Of a stretch of DNA of 64,000 nt, positions 27,202 through 38,091 are shown in pieces; the first letter of the stretch is position 1; every line of letters starts with the position of its first letter. Origin of the DNA: a virus; the IMG/VR virus record IMGVR_UViG_3300027863_000020, positions 86,818-150,817 of that record; one strand, given 5' to 3'. A model generated the notes under the pieces. That model was not told the DNA's origin. It ran no database searches and saw only the letters and a program-made list of their open reading frames with translations. The position numbers and the translations under genes are program-made.

Positions 27202-28175
27202 TCACGAATGAGAGGGAAGAGGGTGGTGAGGATGTCGGTGTCAATGTTCTCATCGAAGTCATCGAGACGCAACTTGGAGATTTCGAGAGTGGCGATCTGA
27301 TCGGAGAAAGCCCCGACTTCGGTGTCACTGGTCTCAATCTGCTTCTTGGTCTCTTCGCCCAATTGAGCGTATGCTTCATTGATCCGCTTGATCTTCTCTT
27401 CCATTTGCGTGTTCTCTTCACGCAAGATGGCATTGCGGGTTTCCATGAACAGGGCGAACTCTGGAATGCGGGTGTGCTTGTTGCGAAGTTCTGCAAATTC
27501 CTTGGTGATGTCCTTGACGGACTCCATGAAGGATGCGATTCTCCGAACGACTGGTGTTGCGAATACCATGTCCATGACGGGTCTGCGTCCTTTGTCGCCA
27601 TTTCGGAAATGACCACCATCGCCAAGAACCTTCTGGACGATTGAGATGATTTCGCCCTTGGACAAGTCGATCTTTTCCAGTTCGTGCGAATGATAGACAT
27701 TGGCATCTTTCACGATGTTGCGAATGCCAATGAAGGTCACAAGGTTCATCTTCTTGGGGAGCCAAGAAAGGTCGATTGCCTGAAGTTCCAGTTCGATTTC
27801 AGTTCCCAAGGTTTCGTCATAGCCCTTGAGGTCTTCGTTGAACTGCTCGACCGCATCCTTGTGGGCATCGGAGCGGGTGAGGGCAAGGATTTCGTTCTCA
27901 AGCTCGAACTGCTTGTCACCAAAATCCTGCGTTTCGTGCGGAAGTTGGTGCTTGTCACAGAATGCCCGAATGAGTGCATCACGGGCTTCCTCGAACTGCT
28001 TGTATGCGGGGGAGAACATGGCTTCCCGTTGCTCGAAAGTGCGCTTCGCCACTGGAAGGATGCGATCAAGATTGATCTTTCCGATGACGATGAGCTTGGG
28101 GTGCTGTTTTCCCTTCATGCCCTTGAGCGTTTCCGCAAGGGTGAGGAAGTTGGCGATTGTATCCTTTACCTTCAT
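27198..28175 (-). CDS. helical hypothetical protein
   Basis: GGAG RBS before MKVKDT; internally duplicated-looking helical halves. Confidence 0.65.
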   Translation of the reverse strand: MKVKDTIANFLTLAETLKGMKGKQHPKLIVIGKINLDRILPVAKRTFEQREAMFSPAYKQFEEARDALIRAFCDKHQLPHETQDFGDKQFELENEILALTRSDAHKDAVEQFNEDLKGYDETLGTEIELELQAIDLSWLPKKMNLVTFIGIRNIVKDANVYHSHELEKIDLSKGEIISIVQKVLGDGGHFRNGDKGRRPVMDMVFATPVVRRIASFMESVKDITKEFAELRNKHTRIPEFALFMETRNAILREENTQMEEKIKRINEAYAQLGEETKKQIETSDTEVGAFSDQIATLEISKLRLDDFDENIDTDILTTLFPLIRE

Positions 28176-28203
28176 TTCAATTCTCCGTGTGGATAACTTG
28201 TTG

Positions 28204-28231
28204 AAAAAACCCGTGACCCACGGCACGGGTT
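28204..28231 (-). terminator. intrinsic terminator after the tail fibre gene
   Basis: AACCCGTG-N8-CACGGGTTTTTT. Confidence 0.8.
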
Positions 28232-28236
28232 CTGTA

Positions 28237-28265
28237 AATGTGGTCTTATCTCTGGAATTTGTCAA
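28237..28265 (-). promoter_or_regulatory. class-2 promoter TTGACA-17-CACATT
   Basis: TTGACAAATTCCAGAGATAAGACCACATT. Confidence 0.65.
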
Positions 28266-31200
28266 TCATTCAAGCATAATACTGAAATGACCCCTATATG
28301 TCGGAAGATTCCCAGTACCCACACCATCTTGTTCAAACATCTTCTGAATAATCCTCCAAGAAGACGGAAGCAATTTGATGAAATCGGGGAATCCTTCCAA
28401 TTGTGCCAGCGCATACGGAATATGACCAATCTTGATATAGAACGGGCCACCTTTGAATGCCATAGCAGTTCTGCTAGTCACGCTATTAGCACCTATCGCC
28501 AACAACGCAATACCAATAAACCGTTTTCCCATCCATCCATCGTTACCATACTCCAACAATTGAGAGTATTCGACAACCCTATTCCCATCGCTTGGTATGT
28601 TCGTCACCGAAAGCATTGCCATGTTGGTTTCTAGGTATTTCAAGTGTTGTGTGGAATTAACTATGGTGATAGACCCATCCTCACCATGCCCCCAATCAGG
28701 ATCGGGAACCATCACAGAACGATATGCTAAAATATCACCTTCCTTTACCGCACCAGTACGAGCCACGACAACGACTTCCTTGGTCATCAACACACGATCC
28801 CGTGGCGTTTGCATACCATGATCGTACACACCAATCGTATTAGGATCAATCGGAACTTGGCCTTCTTCCAATACTACCTTATACGGATCATTCCTAGTGA
28901 TGTTACCACCACCCCAATTATCCCATTCCGACTCAAAATGTAGGATACCCGTACCCACCTTGAATGCGGGATATTTTCCATCATAATCGGTTGCTCGTGA
29001 TGCGGATAAATTATTCAAAAACCCAAACGCAAATCCGTTTCTCCGTTCCGTATATTCACGGGATGCGTTATCTTCGGATGCGTATTCCCGCATCTTCTGA
29101 TAATTTCCATGCCCCGCACCAAATTCAAATAAGTTGTTGTTGCTCCCTTCATTGAGCATACCGAAAACAAATTGATCGGAACGACTAACCAATAGGTGCA
29201 TACCTTTGGCATGGATATTGTACTGTGGTTTATAAGAATTACCACCACTATCACGAATCATAATGTTGATGTCATATCCGAACAAGTCAGCATACATGAC
29301 ACCAGAAGTACCGACTGATCCATCAAGAAAATCCCTGCCCAAATACAGGTGAGAACCGAACAAACGAGTGAATGCGGTATGTCCAGATCGTCCGTCTGTC
29401 AACGACCCACCATTGAACATATTGAGATTTGCATTCAGATCGGTTCCATACCAAGAATCAAAAACGGATTCGTACCTACCATAACTCTCAACACCAGTCA
29501 ATTGACCAAGGATTCGTTCGTGATCTTTTTGGAAATTGAATCGTTCGTACACGATCGTTGCATTAACATCGGACTTCATGTACTTGGCACTAGGAACCGC
29601 CATTCTGTTTTGATCGAGATAGAGGTGACGATGTTTGTCACCAACAAACGAACTGCCATATGTATTCTGTACCGCAATATCAGAACCGACAAATACGGAT
29701 TCGTATAGATAACCACCACGCAACGAACCACGGCTTACCATCAAACTACCAGAAGCATCTTGAAATTCGCCGCTACCAATAGTTCCTATGCTAAAGGTGG
29801 ATGAATTATGGTTATTCGCACTGAAAATGATATTGTGAAGATATATACCATATGTATTAGTAACATATCCCTTAAAACCACGGCCTCCGAAATTAAGAAG
29901 GTAATCAACATTATCGTTGTCAATGAAGACAAATGCGGTTCCCCGCTGATAAAAATTAAAGCCATAATCATTACAATTATTCGGAACCGGAATTGTTGTA
30001 TTGCTGTCGATATTAGCGATTCGGAATCCAAAGAGACCACCACCGATATTCTTGACTTCCTTCACTTGGTACAATTCACCAACAAAAGACATCGAGCCTT
30101 TTAATTTCTCGACATCTGAAGGATTGTCGGTATCTACCCAATTTGTCAATTTCGTTACATACAAATACAACCGTCTTCCATTCACTGTGCGACTTGATGG
30201 ATTAAACGCCAAAGCAGTCGTTGTAATTGATGGAGATTGTGAGCTGTTCAATACGATATAATCCGCATTGGACGGATCATTTATCATAACAATCGGAGTA
30301 TTGCTAGAAGTCTGTTGAAGATGCGTCACCGTTCCAACATTACCAACCGAATAAGTATGTCCCGAATTACCATCGAATAATTTACCAATTAAGTTCCACT
30401 TTGCATAATACATCCAAGCGGTTCGCCAAATATCGGTCTTTTCATAAGTACCGTCAATTTGACGAATGGTATTCGTTGACGATGAACCGTCCCAGATATT
30501 ACCACCATAGGTACTTTCCAATACAGGATCGGTAGTCCCCGTCACGACATTGGAAGAATTCAACGTGTTCGTAGGACGAAGCATCCTACCATATACACCG
30601 TTCTTCTTAAAATGTTCATACAGAATAATGGAAGAGAATGTGTTGTTACTCATCGCATGATTACGAGATACCGAAAACCCAGACTGTGAATTATTGATAT
30701 AACTGTTCGTTTGTGCCGAAGTAAACCCACCAAGGGCATAATCCAAAGTAGATGTCTCCAACATGGTCAAATGGTTGTACGGTGCAGTACCAACATGACC
30801 ATCGGAACCAAGCAAGATACCCGCTTGTCGGTCATATGCGTTCCCACCGAATCCCATAGACAGATTCTTACCGAAGATGATATGTCTGGAAACGGGAGCC
30901 ATCTTAAGATTGATATGAGAGCCAAAAATCAACACATCGGTAAAGTCCGGGCCGTCTCCTGTCGATCCACTACCAAGACCACGCCCCAAGATTGAATTGT
31001 TGGCTCCTAGCATCCACACATTCATGTTGTTGTGATGTGTTTCCTTCCAATCTGTCAGCGGAGACCCCAATCCACCGATGGAGCTATAATCGGTTGTCGC
31101 CATTCGGAATTGGCGGTTCTGGTTCTTGTACCCGAACAGATAGCTTCCACGCTGATTCGAGTAATTGCAGTCACCGAAATTGATGGAGTTGTAGCCTTCC

Positions 31201-32582
31201 GCATAGTTGTCGGAGCCAAACTGAAAGATACCATACCCAAAACGGGGATATGATCCCGCAGTACCCCAATATGCACCAATGCGGTTCCGCACTCCGAAAT
31301 TGAAGTTGAAGTTTCCGTTGGTCTGCATTCCGAAATTGAGACCAGTAGGATCATCAACAAGTTCACCATCACCCCAATTGATATTGAAGTTACCCTTGTT
31401 GAAGATGTCCTTTCCGATTGACCAAGAACCGAAGGATTCAAAATCGTGACGGATTCCCTTTCCAAGAGAGTTCGTATTGTAGTCGAACGCAAGGCCATTT
31501 TCTCCATTCCAGAGAACCTTGCTTCCCATCAAAAGGCCACCCGCACGATGGTCTGCTTCCCCGTTGGTGAACGGAGCAATGTGGAGAGCCTTGTTATAGT
31601 AATCGGACATGACCACGGAGCGAACCAAGTTGAATTGGTATTCGTGGTACGACTTCACCACTCCCGCATATGGAACAGTTCCTTGGATGATTCCACCAAT
31701 GCTCAACGACTTGGATTCGGGGTCGAGAAGGTCACGGACGATATTGAGAGGGGATACGAAGTCTTCGGAGAAAGTGCTATCATACAGGCCAAGAAGAACC
31801 TTCTGCGAAGCCGAAATGGTATCGGTATTCAGGTAATACCAGAATCCTTCTGTGAAGAACAGGTAATCGTATCGGGAAGGATCGTAGGTCTCACCCGAAA
31901 TGATGACATTGAATCGGATGGTGAAGTTCGGGGAAATGGATTGCCCCGCACCATTGAGAAGACGGTTCTTCACCAATCGGACATTGGAATACACCATACC
32001 GAAGAAGAAGATGTTTCCAGTCTCGATTCCATTGACATCGAGTTCTGCAAGGAACAAGGCCATCTTGTTCCAAGAGAAATTTCCCGCATTTCCCGGGATC
32101 ACGCAATCATACGAACCCGCTGTCACCGCACCGCTCGTAGATGTCACGGAAAGGGGCTTGTAGGGCTTCACCTTCCAACAATCAGGGATTGTGATAGCAG
32201 AAACCAACTTGGTCTGATTGAAGAGTCCTGTGGCGACATTGACATTGTTCGCATCGAGCACATACCCACTACCATAGACATACCGACCAGTGGTAGGATC
32301 GAAGGAACCACGAAGCCAAAGTTTCTGCCCATCGAAGGTATTGACATCCCCACCGACCATCGACTCATACTGTTCCCACCATTCGGTGTGACTCATTCCG
32401 TCTTCAGTGAGGAAATCATTGCGGGTCACATCGTACAGGCTTCCAAGTGTGGGACTCTGGAAGTTGGGATCGTAAATGGGGACGAAGTAGCGAATCTCAT
32501 ACGACAACCCGCTAGGATTGACGGATGCGAGTTTTCCATAATTGGGCGCAAAGACTTTGAACTTCACCTGATTGGTCGGCAT
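28266..32582 (-). CDS. large tail fibre/spike protein (1438 aa)
   Basis: N-terminal baseplate-attachment-like region (GNFSWNKMALF), Gly/Asn beta-roll-like repeats (FG..N), late promoter at 32599-32605. Confidence 0.7.
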   Translation of the reverse strand: MPTNQVKFKVFAPNYGKLASVNPSGLSYEIRYFVPIYDPNFQSPTLGSLYDVTRNDFLTEDGMSHTEWWEQYESMVGGDVNTFDGQKLWLRGSFDPTTGRYVYGSGYVLDANNVNVATGLFNQTKLVSAITIPDCWKVKPYKPLSVTSTSGAVTAGSYDCVIPGNAGNFSWNKMALFLAELDVNGIETGNIFFFGMVYSNVRLVKNRLLNGAGQSISPNFTIRFNVIISGETYDPSRYDYLFFTEGFWYYLNTDTISASQKVLLGLYDSTFSEDFVSPLNIVRDLLDPESKSLSIGGIIQGTVPYAGVVKSYHEYQFNLVRSVVMSDYYNKALHIAPFTNGEADHRAGGLLMGSKVLWNGENGLAFDYNTNSLGKGIRHDFESFGSWSIGKDIFNKGNFNINWGDGELVDDPTGLNFGMQTNGNFNFNFGVRNRIGAYWGTAGSYPRFGYGIFQFGSDNYAEGYNSINFGDCNYSNQRGSYLFGYKNQNRQFRMATTDYSSIGGLGSPLTDWKETHHNNMNVWMLGANNSILGRGLGSGSTGDGPDFTDVLIFGSHINLKMAPVSRHIIFGKNLSMGFGGNAYDRQAGILLGSDGHVGTAPYNHLTMLETSTLDYALGGFTSAQTNSYINNSQSGFSVSRNHAMSNNTFSSIILYEHFKKNGVYGRMLRPTNTLNSSNVVTGTTDPVLESTYGGNIWDGSSSTNTIRQIDGTYEKTDIWRTAWMYYAKWNLIGKLFDGNSGHTYSVGNVGTVTHLQQTSSNTPIVMINDPSNADYIVLNSSQSPSITTTALAFNPSSRTVNGRRLYLYVTKLTNWVDTDNPSDVEKLKGSMSFVGELYQVKEVKNIGGGLFGFRIANIDSNTTIPVPNNCNDYGFNFYQRGTAFVFIDNDNVDYLLNFGGRGFKGYVTNTYGIYLHNIIFSANNHNSSTFSIGTIGSGEFQDASGSLMVSRGSLRGGYLYESVFVGSDIAVQNTYGSSFVGDKHRHLYLDQNRMAVPSAKYMKSDVNATIVYERFNFQKDHERILGQLTGVESYGRYESVFDSWYGTDLNANLNMFNGGSLTDGRSGHTAFTRLFGSHLYLGRDFLDGSVGTSGVMYADLFGYDINIMIRDSGGNSYKPQYNIHAKGMHLLVSRSDQFVFGMLNEGSNNNLFEFGAGHGNYQKMREYASEDNASREYTERRNGFAFGFLNNLSASRATDYDGKYPAFKVGTGILHFESEWDNWGGGNITRNDPYKVVLEEGQVPIDPNTIGVYDHGMQTPRDRVLMTKEVVVVARTGAVKEGDILAYRSVMVPDPDWGHGEDGSITIVNSTQHLKYLETNMAMLSVTNIPSDGNRVVEYSQLLEYGNDGWMGKRFIGIALLAIGANSVTSRTAMAFKGGPFYIKIGHIPYALAQLEGFPDFIKLLPSSWRIIQKMFEQDGVGTGNLPTYRGHFSIMLE

Positions 32583-32607
32583 AGGAACTCCTTTGTCCTA
32601 TTTAGTA

Positions 32608-33111
32608 TTAAAGAGGGACGGCATTCGTGGAGAGCAATAGCTTTTCCCACTTCAGTTTCCGTTCTTCTGTCAAGAATTCATCAATTGGTAATGCGAGAAT
32701 GTTCTTGGAAGCTGTGTGATACATTCCGACCGATAACAGTGGAATGATCGGTGCTATCTTCGCAAGAACGGACTCTTCGGTTGTCGATTGAAATTGAGAG
32801 AAGTCCGTCATAAGGACTTCGGCACGAACTTGTGCTACGATGATCGGAGTATTTAGAATGTTCCAAATGACTTGACCGTCAATTTCATTTCTGAAAATGT
32901 TGTCGATGTCGGATTGAAGCATCCACAAATACGATAGGACGATGTTGTCCTGAAGGCCATTTCCATAGAAGTCATATGCCACCCACCCTTCCGTCTTCTG
33001 AATCTTGGTAATCGCATCGGATACCAACTTCTTATTGGGAGATTGGGCAATATAGATTCGTTCGGAACCCTTCGTGATGTAGAAACACGGACGATTTTTA
33101 TAGGTAAGCAT
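32608..33111 (-). CDS. hypothetical protein, possible fibre assembly chaperone
   Basis: Lies between fibre genes; GGAG RBS. Confidence 0.5.
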   Translation of the reverse strand: MLTYKNRPCFYITKGSERIYIAQSPNKKLVSDAITKIQKTEGWVAYDFYGNGLQDNIVLSYLWMLQSDIDNIFRNEIDGQVIWNILNTPIIVAQVRAEVLMTDFSQFQSTTEESVLAKIAPIIPLLSVGMYHTASKNILALPIDEFLTEERKLKWEKLLLSTNAVPL

Positions 33112-33120
33112 GAGTTCTCC

Positions 33121-34809
33121 TTATGCCCTGAAGCCCATCATCCACGCACGGGAAGATGCGGGGGAGTGTGATTGCATGGTTGGATATATTCCAGTGACAC
33201 CATCGTCATACCGTGCATTGATGCTAGTGTAGCTCAATGCAATAGCAGGGGAACCAGTGGTCAATCCACTATATCCACCAAACGCAATTCCATTGATCTT
33301 ACCCGCAACGGTGAAATAGTAGATGGTGTTCCGTGTAAGTGCGACTGGTGACGGGAACGAAAGAATCTTCACGCCCGTACTATCTGGTCTGCGATATGTT
33401 TCCGCATGAGCGGTGGACAATGTATCCGTTTGGGCAATGAGGTTTCCATTGATGTCACACACTCCGAACCGCATAGTTTCCGAAGATGCCTGTGATTGAG
33501 TCACAAAAGCCGCCATCTTGTCAATCTGGGTATCATACGGGGTAATAACCGCTGTCCAGATTTGGGCGTTACCACCGAAGATATTGACGGCCTGTGAAAT
33601 CAGGGAAAGGATAAAGGTCTGGACACCCGCATATTGACCACCCGCATCATCACCACCCGAAGACGGGGCAATGGTTGGTAGGGTGGACTTCTCGACAAGA
33701 AGAATTCCATCCACACCGCCACGGAACGCCCGACCCACATAGGTCAGGAAGTTCGGGAACACGGGAGCGGTTGTGGTGATGAGACCCGCTGTGGTATCGG
33801 ATAGCCACATTTGGGCATTGTCCGCAATTCCAGTGAGGTCGAGTGGCAATGCACCACCACCCATGATTTCACCAATCCCTTCATGTGGGATGTCATACAT
33901 GGTGATACCAGACACGAACGAAGTGGATGAAGAATTGGCTTGTGCCAACGCAATCGTGGGAAGGCCACTATCATGCCCGTTGGGATAAACCGCACGACCT
34001 TTGGGGATCGTAGCACCGCTCATGTTTTTGACAAGGATTCTCATTTGGCGATTCATCACCAATGGGGAATCTTCCCTGTTTCCTTGCACCACAACACTCT
34101 GGACTGGATCAAGGTAGAAGAGTTTACCCTTGTGGTAAGTAGGCTCTGTTGGCAAAGCTGTGAGGAAATTGGAGCCATTCAGAGAAAGGTACGCACCCGA
34201 CCCGCCTTGGGATGCAAACAATGTCCAATGAGTAGGATCGGCACTTGGATTCGGGGACTCTGGATCGGAGTTATATGCCAAAATGTTGATATAGACATTC
34301 CCATCGAACGACACAAGATTGTTCACCTTGTATGCGACACCAACACCCCAACTTCCAAGGAACTTTAGTCCACCAAATTTGATCTTGAGAATTTCGGGGG
34401 AAGCTGTCCCCGCTGTCTTCTCCAAATCAAGCGTTATCTCTGGATCGCCACCCGTCAATTTGTCATTGAGGAACCCGGGCCACGGAAGTCCGATACCGTT
34501 TACATCGTTTGCGGATGCCATGAGCATACCCGCCCATTCATTCACGATCTCGAAAATCCATTCATGGTCTTCGTGTGAGGGAGACAAAATGGCACGGATA
34601 CCCGTGGTATTATTCACGGGATTCCGCAATCCAGTACACCAGAATTCGTCAATTTCGCTAGGACGATCTACTTCAGTGCTTCGTCTGCGATACAGGATGG
34701 AGTGGCGGTCGGTGCAAAACCCCGCCTGTCCTTCCAACAATTGACCATTCGTAGCCAATTCAGCATATGTACCACAACGGTCAATTATGTTTTTGTATTC
34801 GGTTCCCAT
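33121..34809 (-). CDS. tail fibre/structural protein with CBM5/12-like module
   Basis: W....AYKVNNLVSFDGNVY...P...PTHW; VKN.SGATIPKGRAVY. Confidence 0.65.
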   Translation of the reverse strand: MGTEYKNIIDRCGTYAELATNGQLLEGQAGFCTDRHSILYRRRSTEVDRPSEIDEFWCTGLRNPVNNTTGIRAILSPSHEDHEWIFEIVNEWAGMLMASANDVNGIGLPWPGFLNDKLTGGDPEITLDLEKTAGTASPEILKIKFGGLKFLGSWGVGVAYKVNNLVSFDGNVYINILAYNSDPESPNPSADPTHWTLFASQGGSGAYLSLNGSNFLTALPTEPTYHKGKLFYLDPVQSVVVQGNREDSPLVMNRQMRILVKNMSGATIPKGRAVYPNGHDSGLPTIALAQANSSSTSFVSGITMYDIPHEGIGEIMGGGALPLDLTGIADNAQMWLSDTTAGLITTTAPVFPNFLTYVGRAFRGGVDGILLVEKSTLPTIAPSSGGDDAGGQYAGVQTFILSLISQAVNIFGGNAQIWTAVITPYDTQIDKMAAFVTQSQASSETMRFGVCDINGNLIAQTDTLSTAHAETYRRPDSTGVKILSFPSPVALTRNTIYYFTVAGKINGIAFGGYSGLTTGSPAIALSYTSINARYDDGVTGIYPTMQSHSPASSRAWMMGFRA

Positions 34810-34820
34810 AACAATCTCCT

Positions 34821-37800
34821 TTAGATCAATCCACTAGGGGATTCAATGCTGTCTGGTAATGGAGACGGGAGAATGCCACCCTTCTCGTCAATCGTATCAA
34901 TCCACGGAGAACCCAACACACCTCTTCCTTCGTCAATCGAATCGAGAACGATAGGCTCTGGTGTATCCGTCTGCGAATGGACACCATCACCCCACCAATC
35001 AACCATAGTCGGCAACTGCTTGACATCGTGCTCGACATTGATGACAAGCGATAGATCGTCAAGGACTGTATTGATCGGACGGAGTGCATTTATAGTATTT
35101 AGCACACGCCCAAGAATATCGGAAATACCTTCGGTCTGCGAGTACAGGTCGAATTGGGTCAAGTCCACATCAATGCTGAAATGCGGGGTGAGTCCCATTG
35201 ACTCATCCTTGATCTGTCTGGTCTCAATTACAGTTTTCGCTTCATACAGTCGGTTCTCGTTGCTTTCAGACCATGCCCGTTCGGGTGTCGGTCTCAATAT
35301 GAAGTTCTCATCATAATTGAGGCCGTAGTCGGATGTCCACTTGTAATAGATGTCGGCAAGCGCACCAACGGAGAACATGAGGCCACGGATCGCATCCTTT
35401 GTCGCCTTGATTCGGTTGATCTCTGGAAGGTTCGCAACAAGGAATCGAGCATAACGCAACAAATCATCGGGCGCATTGGCAATGTCCCTAGCACGGAGAA
35501 TTCCACTCACCATATCATAGCCAAGGTTCTTCGCAAGCATATGGAGGTACTGGCTAGGGATGGTATCGGGATCGTGCATATCGAGCAATCCGTCAATCTT
35601 GTCCAGAATACCATGAGCCATAGCATACGGATCGGATGAGGTGGCACCAGTGTACAGGGTGTTCATCTCATCCTGAAACACGCCAACGAAGTTCTCGAAC
35701 GGGCTTTCCTTCAGGTATTCGGGAACATACGCCCTGAAATTGACACCACGCAATCCTTGGTTTCCGTCAATTTGCCCACGGATACAGGAATTGGGATCGG
35801 CTGTCTCCAAAGGAACAAGCAACGAATTCTGTCTGGTCAGGGTAATCGGGATGGATACCCCAATTCCACTGTATTCGATGAAATTGAGAACAAATGGAGT
35901 TGGGATGGAGAACCGAAGCCGTCCATTCCAGATATTGACGGATGGGTTCAATGAGATTTCGATTCGAGACGCTTCATAGGAATAATCCGCTCCATTCTGT
36001 CCACCAGTGAGGAAGAATGTAGTGAATGGATGTATGGTAATCCCATCATCGCCAACGACTTCGACCATCACCTGTCCATTCCACCCATTCGGGGAATCGG
36101 AAATACGGACGGTGTTGTTGAATGGGCTTGCAGGGGGGTGTTCCAAAACTCCCAAGACATCAACGGCACGGACAAGCAGGGTTGCCTTGTCTCCACGCAA
36201 AAGACTCTCTCCCGTGCTGTAATAGCCATTGTCGCCAAGGACTACGAATGGAACATCAAAAGTGATTTCCCGTTGTGAAATAGCGGGATTCACATTGACC
36301 AAGAATACCCCACTCACACCCGTCATGCGGATGATGAACAAACCAACCTTGTTATCGGATGCGTAGTTGTCGAGAGGCATGACCAATTGAACCTTTCCGA
36401 AATCGACACCATTGATGTTCACGATTTCGTATCGGTACTTGTACCAAGGGGTCGCCCAAGTGTATTGAGAATAGGAAGCGTATGTACCGCTTTCCAAACT
36501 CATAAAGCTAACCGTATCTGGTTTTGCTACTGGATCAATCCAGAGAGTTACCATTTGTCCAGTACCATCCCCCCAAGTCGATGGATTGTATTCGATGGTC
36601 GTTCCATTCATAACATGGGGATCAATCTCTCCGAAATTGGGAGCAGACGGGGACGGGTTTCGGTACGAATTGAAATGAGTCAAGATTGAGCCGTCAATCG
36701 AATTGACCACAAAGACCGAAGAGTTGGATGACGGGGACTGATCCAAGAATCCAATCCACATCGTAAGAAGGCTGTTCTCCATCGGAGGGAACATTGACGC
36801 ATAGCTTCCGTTGTACAGGTCAATCGCACCCATAGAAATCTCAATTCGGGTCGGAGTGACCAGATTGATGACTGGATTGCTGAAGTTCGACTTGTACTGT
36901 TCCGAAGAAGCGTTCTTTCTTCCCCATCCAAATGCAACAATGGGGCGGTTATCCAATCCAGTTCCTTGGATGACATATCGGGAAATTCCACGATCATAAT
37001 ACGCATTGGAAATGACGGGAAGTGGCAATGCTAGTTGGGTCTCTACTCCCTCTTCCGCAAGAATGTAGGTAGGCATGGAGGCATCGAGACCAACCACCCA
37101 TTCGTTCGATCCTACTTGTGCCAACCCCGCATAAAATCTGGATTGGATCACCGAAGTATTCGCAAGATTGGCATTGCTAGAATACCCATACCCGATCTGT
37201 CCAGAATATCCACCAAGATTGTTGTTGCCATTGATATATTGACGGGTCGATGTTCCAGTATTGGAAATGACATCGCAAATAATCGCCCGTCTGTTATTGG
37301 CGGGGGCTAGGTCGATATAGACTTGATGAAAATGCTCATCGAATGGAAAGTCACCACCGCCTTGGAATACCCAACGGGCATTCCGCTTCGTCTTATGAGT
37401 GACCCACGAATACTGCGTGTCAATTTCACGCCAACAATTGAACAATACGGAATATGCGCTTGCTCCATCATTGAGTACGGATAGCCCCGTCCAATTCAAT
37501 TTGGCATGGAGCAATGCGTGTTTGGTTCCACCACCATACCACGAAAATGTATCGGTAAATGTCTTCGTGAAATTGGAAATATCGAGACCCAATGGAATAG
37601 TCATAATCGTACCACCACCGCTGATAACGGGGGCGGGTGCTGTGATGGTATGCGCTATTTCACGGGTGGGGATCAAGTTGCTACTTGGAGTCCATCCCAA
37701 CATATAACCATAGCTAACTGTCGGAGTTCCGAAGTAACTATAATACTCAAAGAAGAGTTCAATGTTTGCGATATTTCCAGACCACCTATCAAGGTGTACT

Positions 37801-37877
37801 CCCTCAATGATGAGGTCGGTTCCAGATTGATACGCTTTGTGGATTCGTGGCTTCAAGTCCCAATTTGCATATGCCAT
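34821..37877 (-). CDS. baseplate wedge protein (gp7/P2 gpI-like C-terminus, Ig-like N-terminal extension)
   Basis: YVPEYL..DPDTIPSQYLHMLAKNLG..NLPEINRIKATKDAI..LRPINTV. Confidence 0.7.
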   Translation of the reverse strand: MAYANWDLKPRIHKAYQSGTDLIIEGVHLDRWSGNIANIELFFEYYSYFGTPTVSYGYMLGWTPSSNLIPTREIAHTITAPAPVISGGGTIMTIPLGLDISNFTKTFTDTFSWYGGGTKHALLHAKLNWTGLSVLNDGASAYSVLFNCWREIDTQYSWVTHKTKRNARWVFQGGGDFPFDEHFHQVYIDLAPANNRRAIICDVISNTGTSTRQYINGNNNLGGYSGQIGYGYSSNANLANTSVIQSRFYAGLAQVGSNEWVVGLDASMPTYILAEEGVETQLALPLPVISNAYYDRGISRYVIQGTGLDNRPIVAFGWGRKNASSEQYKSNFSNPVINLVTPTRIEISMGAIDLYNGSYASMFPPMENSLLTMWIGFLDQSPSSNSSVFVVNSIDGSILTHFNSYRNPSPSAPNFGEIDPHVMNGTTIEYNPSTWGDGTGQMVTLWIDPVAKPDTVSFMSLESGTYASYSQYTWATPWYKYRYEIVNINGVDFGKVQLVMPLDNYASDNKVGLFIIRMTGVSGVFLVNVNPAISQREITFDVPFVVLGDNGYYSTGESLLRGDKATLLVRAVDVLGVLEHPPASPFNNTVRISDSPNGWNGQVMVEVVGDDGITIHPFTTFFLTGGQNGADYSYEASRIEISLNPSVNIWNGRLRFSIPTPFVLNFIEYSGIGVSIPITLTRQNSLLVPLETADPNSCIRGQIDGNQGLRGVNFRAYVPEYLKESPFENFVGVFQDEMNTLYTGATSSDPYAMAHGILDKIDGLLDMHDPDTIPSQYLHMLAKNLGYDMVSGILRARDIANAPDDLLRYARFLVANLPEINRIKATKDAIRGLMFSVGALADIYYKWTSDYGLNYDENFILRPTPERAWSESNENRLYEAKTVIETRQIKDESMGLTPHFSIDVDLTQFDLYSQTEGISDILGRVLNTINALRPINTVLDDLSLVINVEHDVKQLPTMVDWWGDGVHSQTDTPEPIVLDSIDEGRGVLGSPWIDTIDEKGGILPSPLPDSIESPSGLI

Positions 37878-37878
37878 A

Positions 37879-38076
37879 TCAATGGACTCCAAAAAGATGT
37901 ACGATTACCCAAAGGCCATCATCGGAATTGACCACTTCGGTTGTTGCGGAATAAAGCCCACAAGACTCATTTCTTCTCAATGACTCTTCCCGACACCTAT
38001 CAATAAAAGAAGCGTCATCCGACAACGCAAGTGCGGTGCATGGATAACGCTCTTCAGTTTCTAGCCTTTTACTCAT
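37879..38076 (-). CDS. small late hypothetical protein
   Basis: CTAAATA 5 nt upstream of ATG. Confidence 0.5.
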   Translation of the reverse strand: MSKRLETEERYPCTALALSDDASFIDRCREESLRRNESCGLYSATTEVVNSDDGLWVIVHLFGVH

Positions 38077-38091
38077 ATCTCTATTTAGGCA

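Noticed and set aside
31446-32747. 433-aa + strand ORF
   Set aside because: Antisense shadow of the tail fibre gene caused by codon bias
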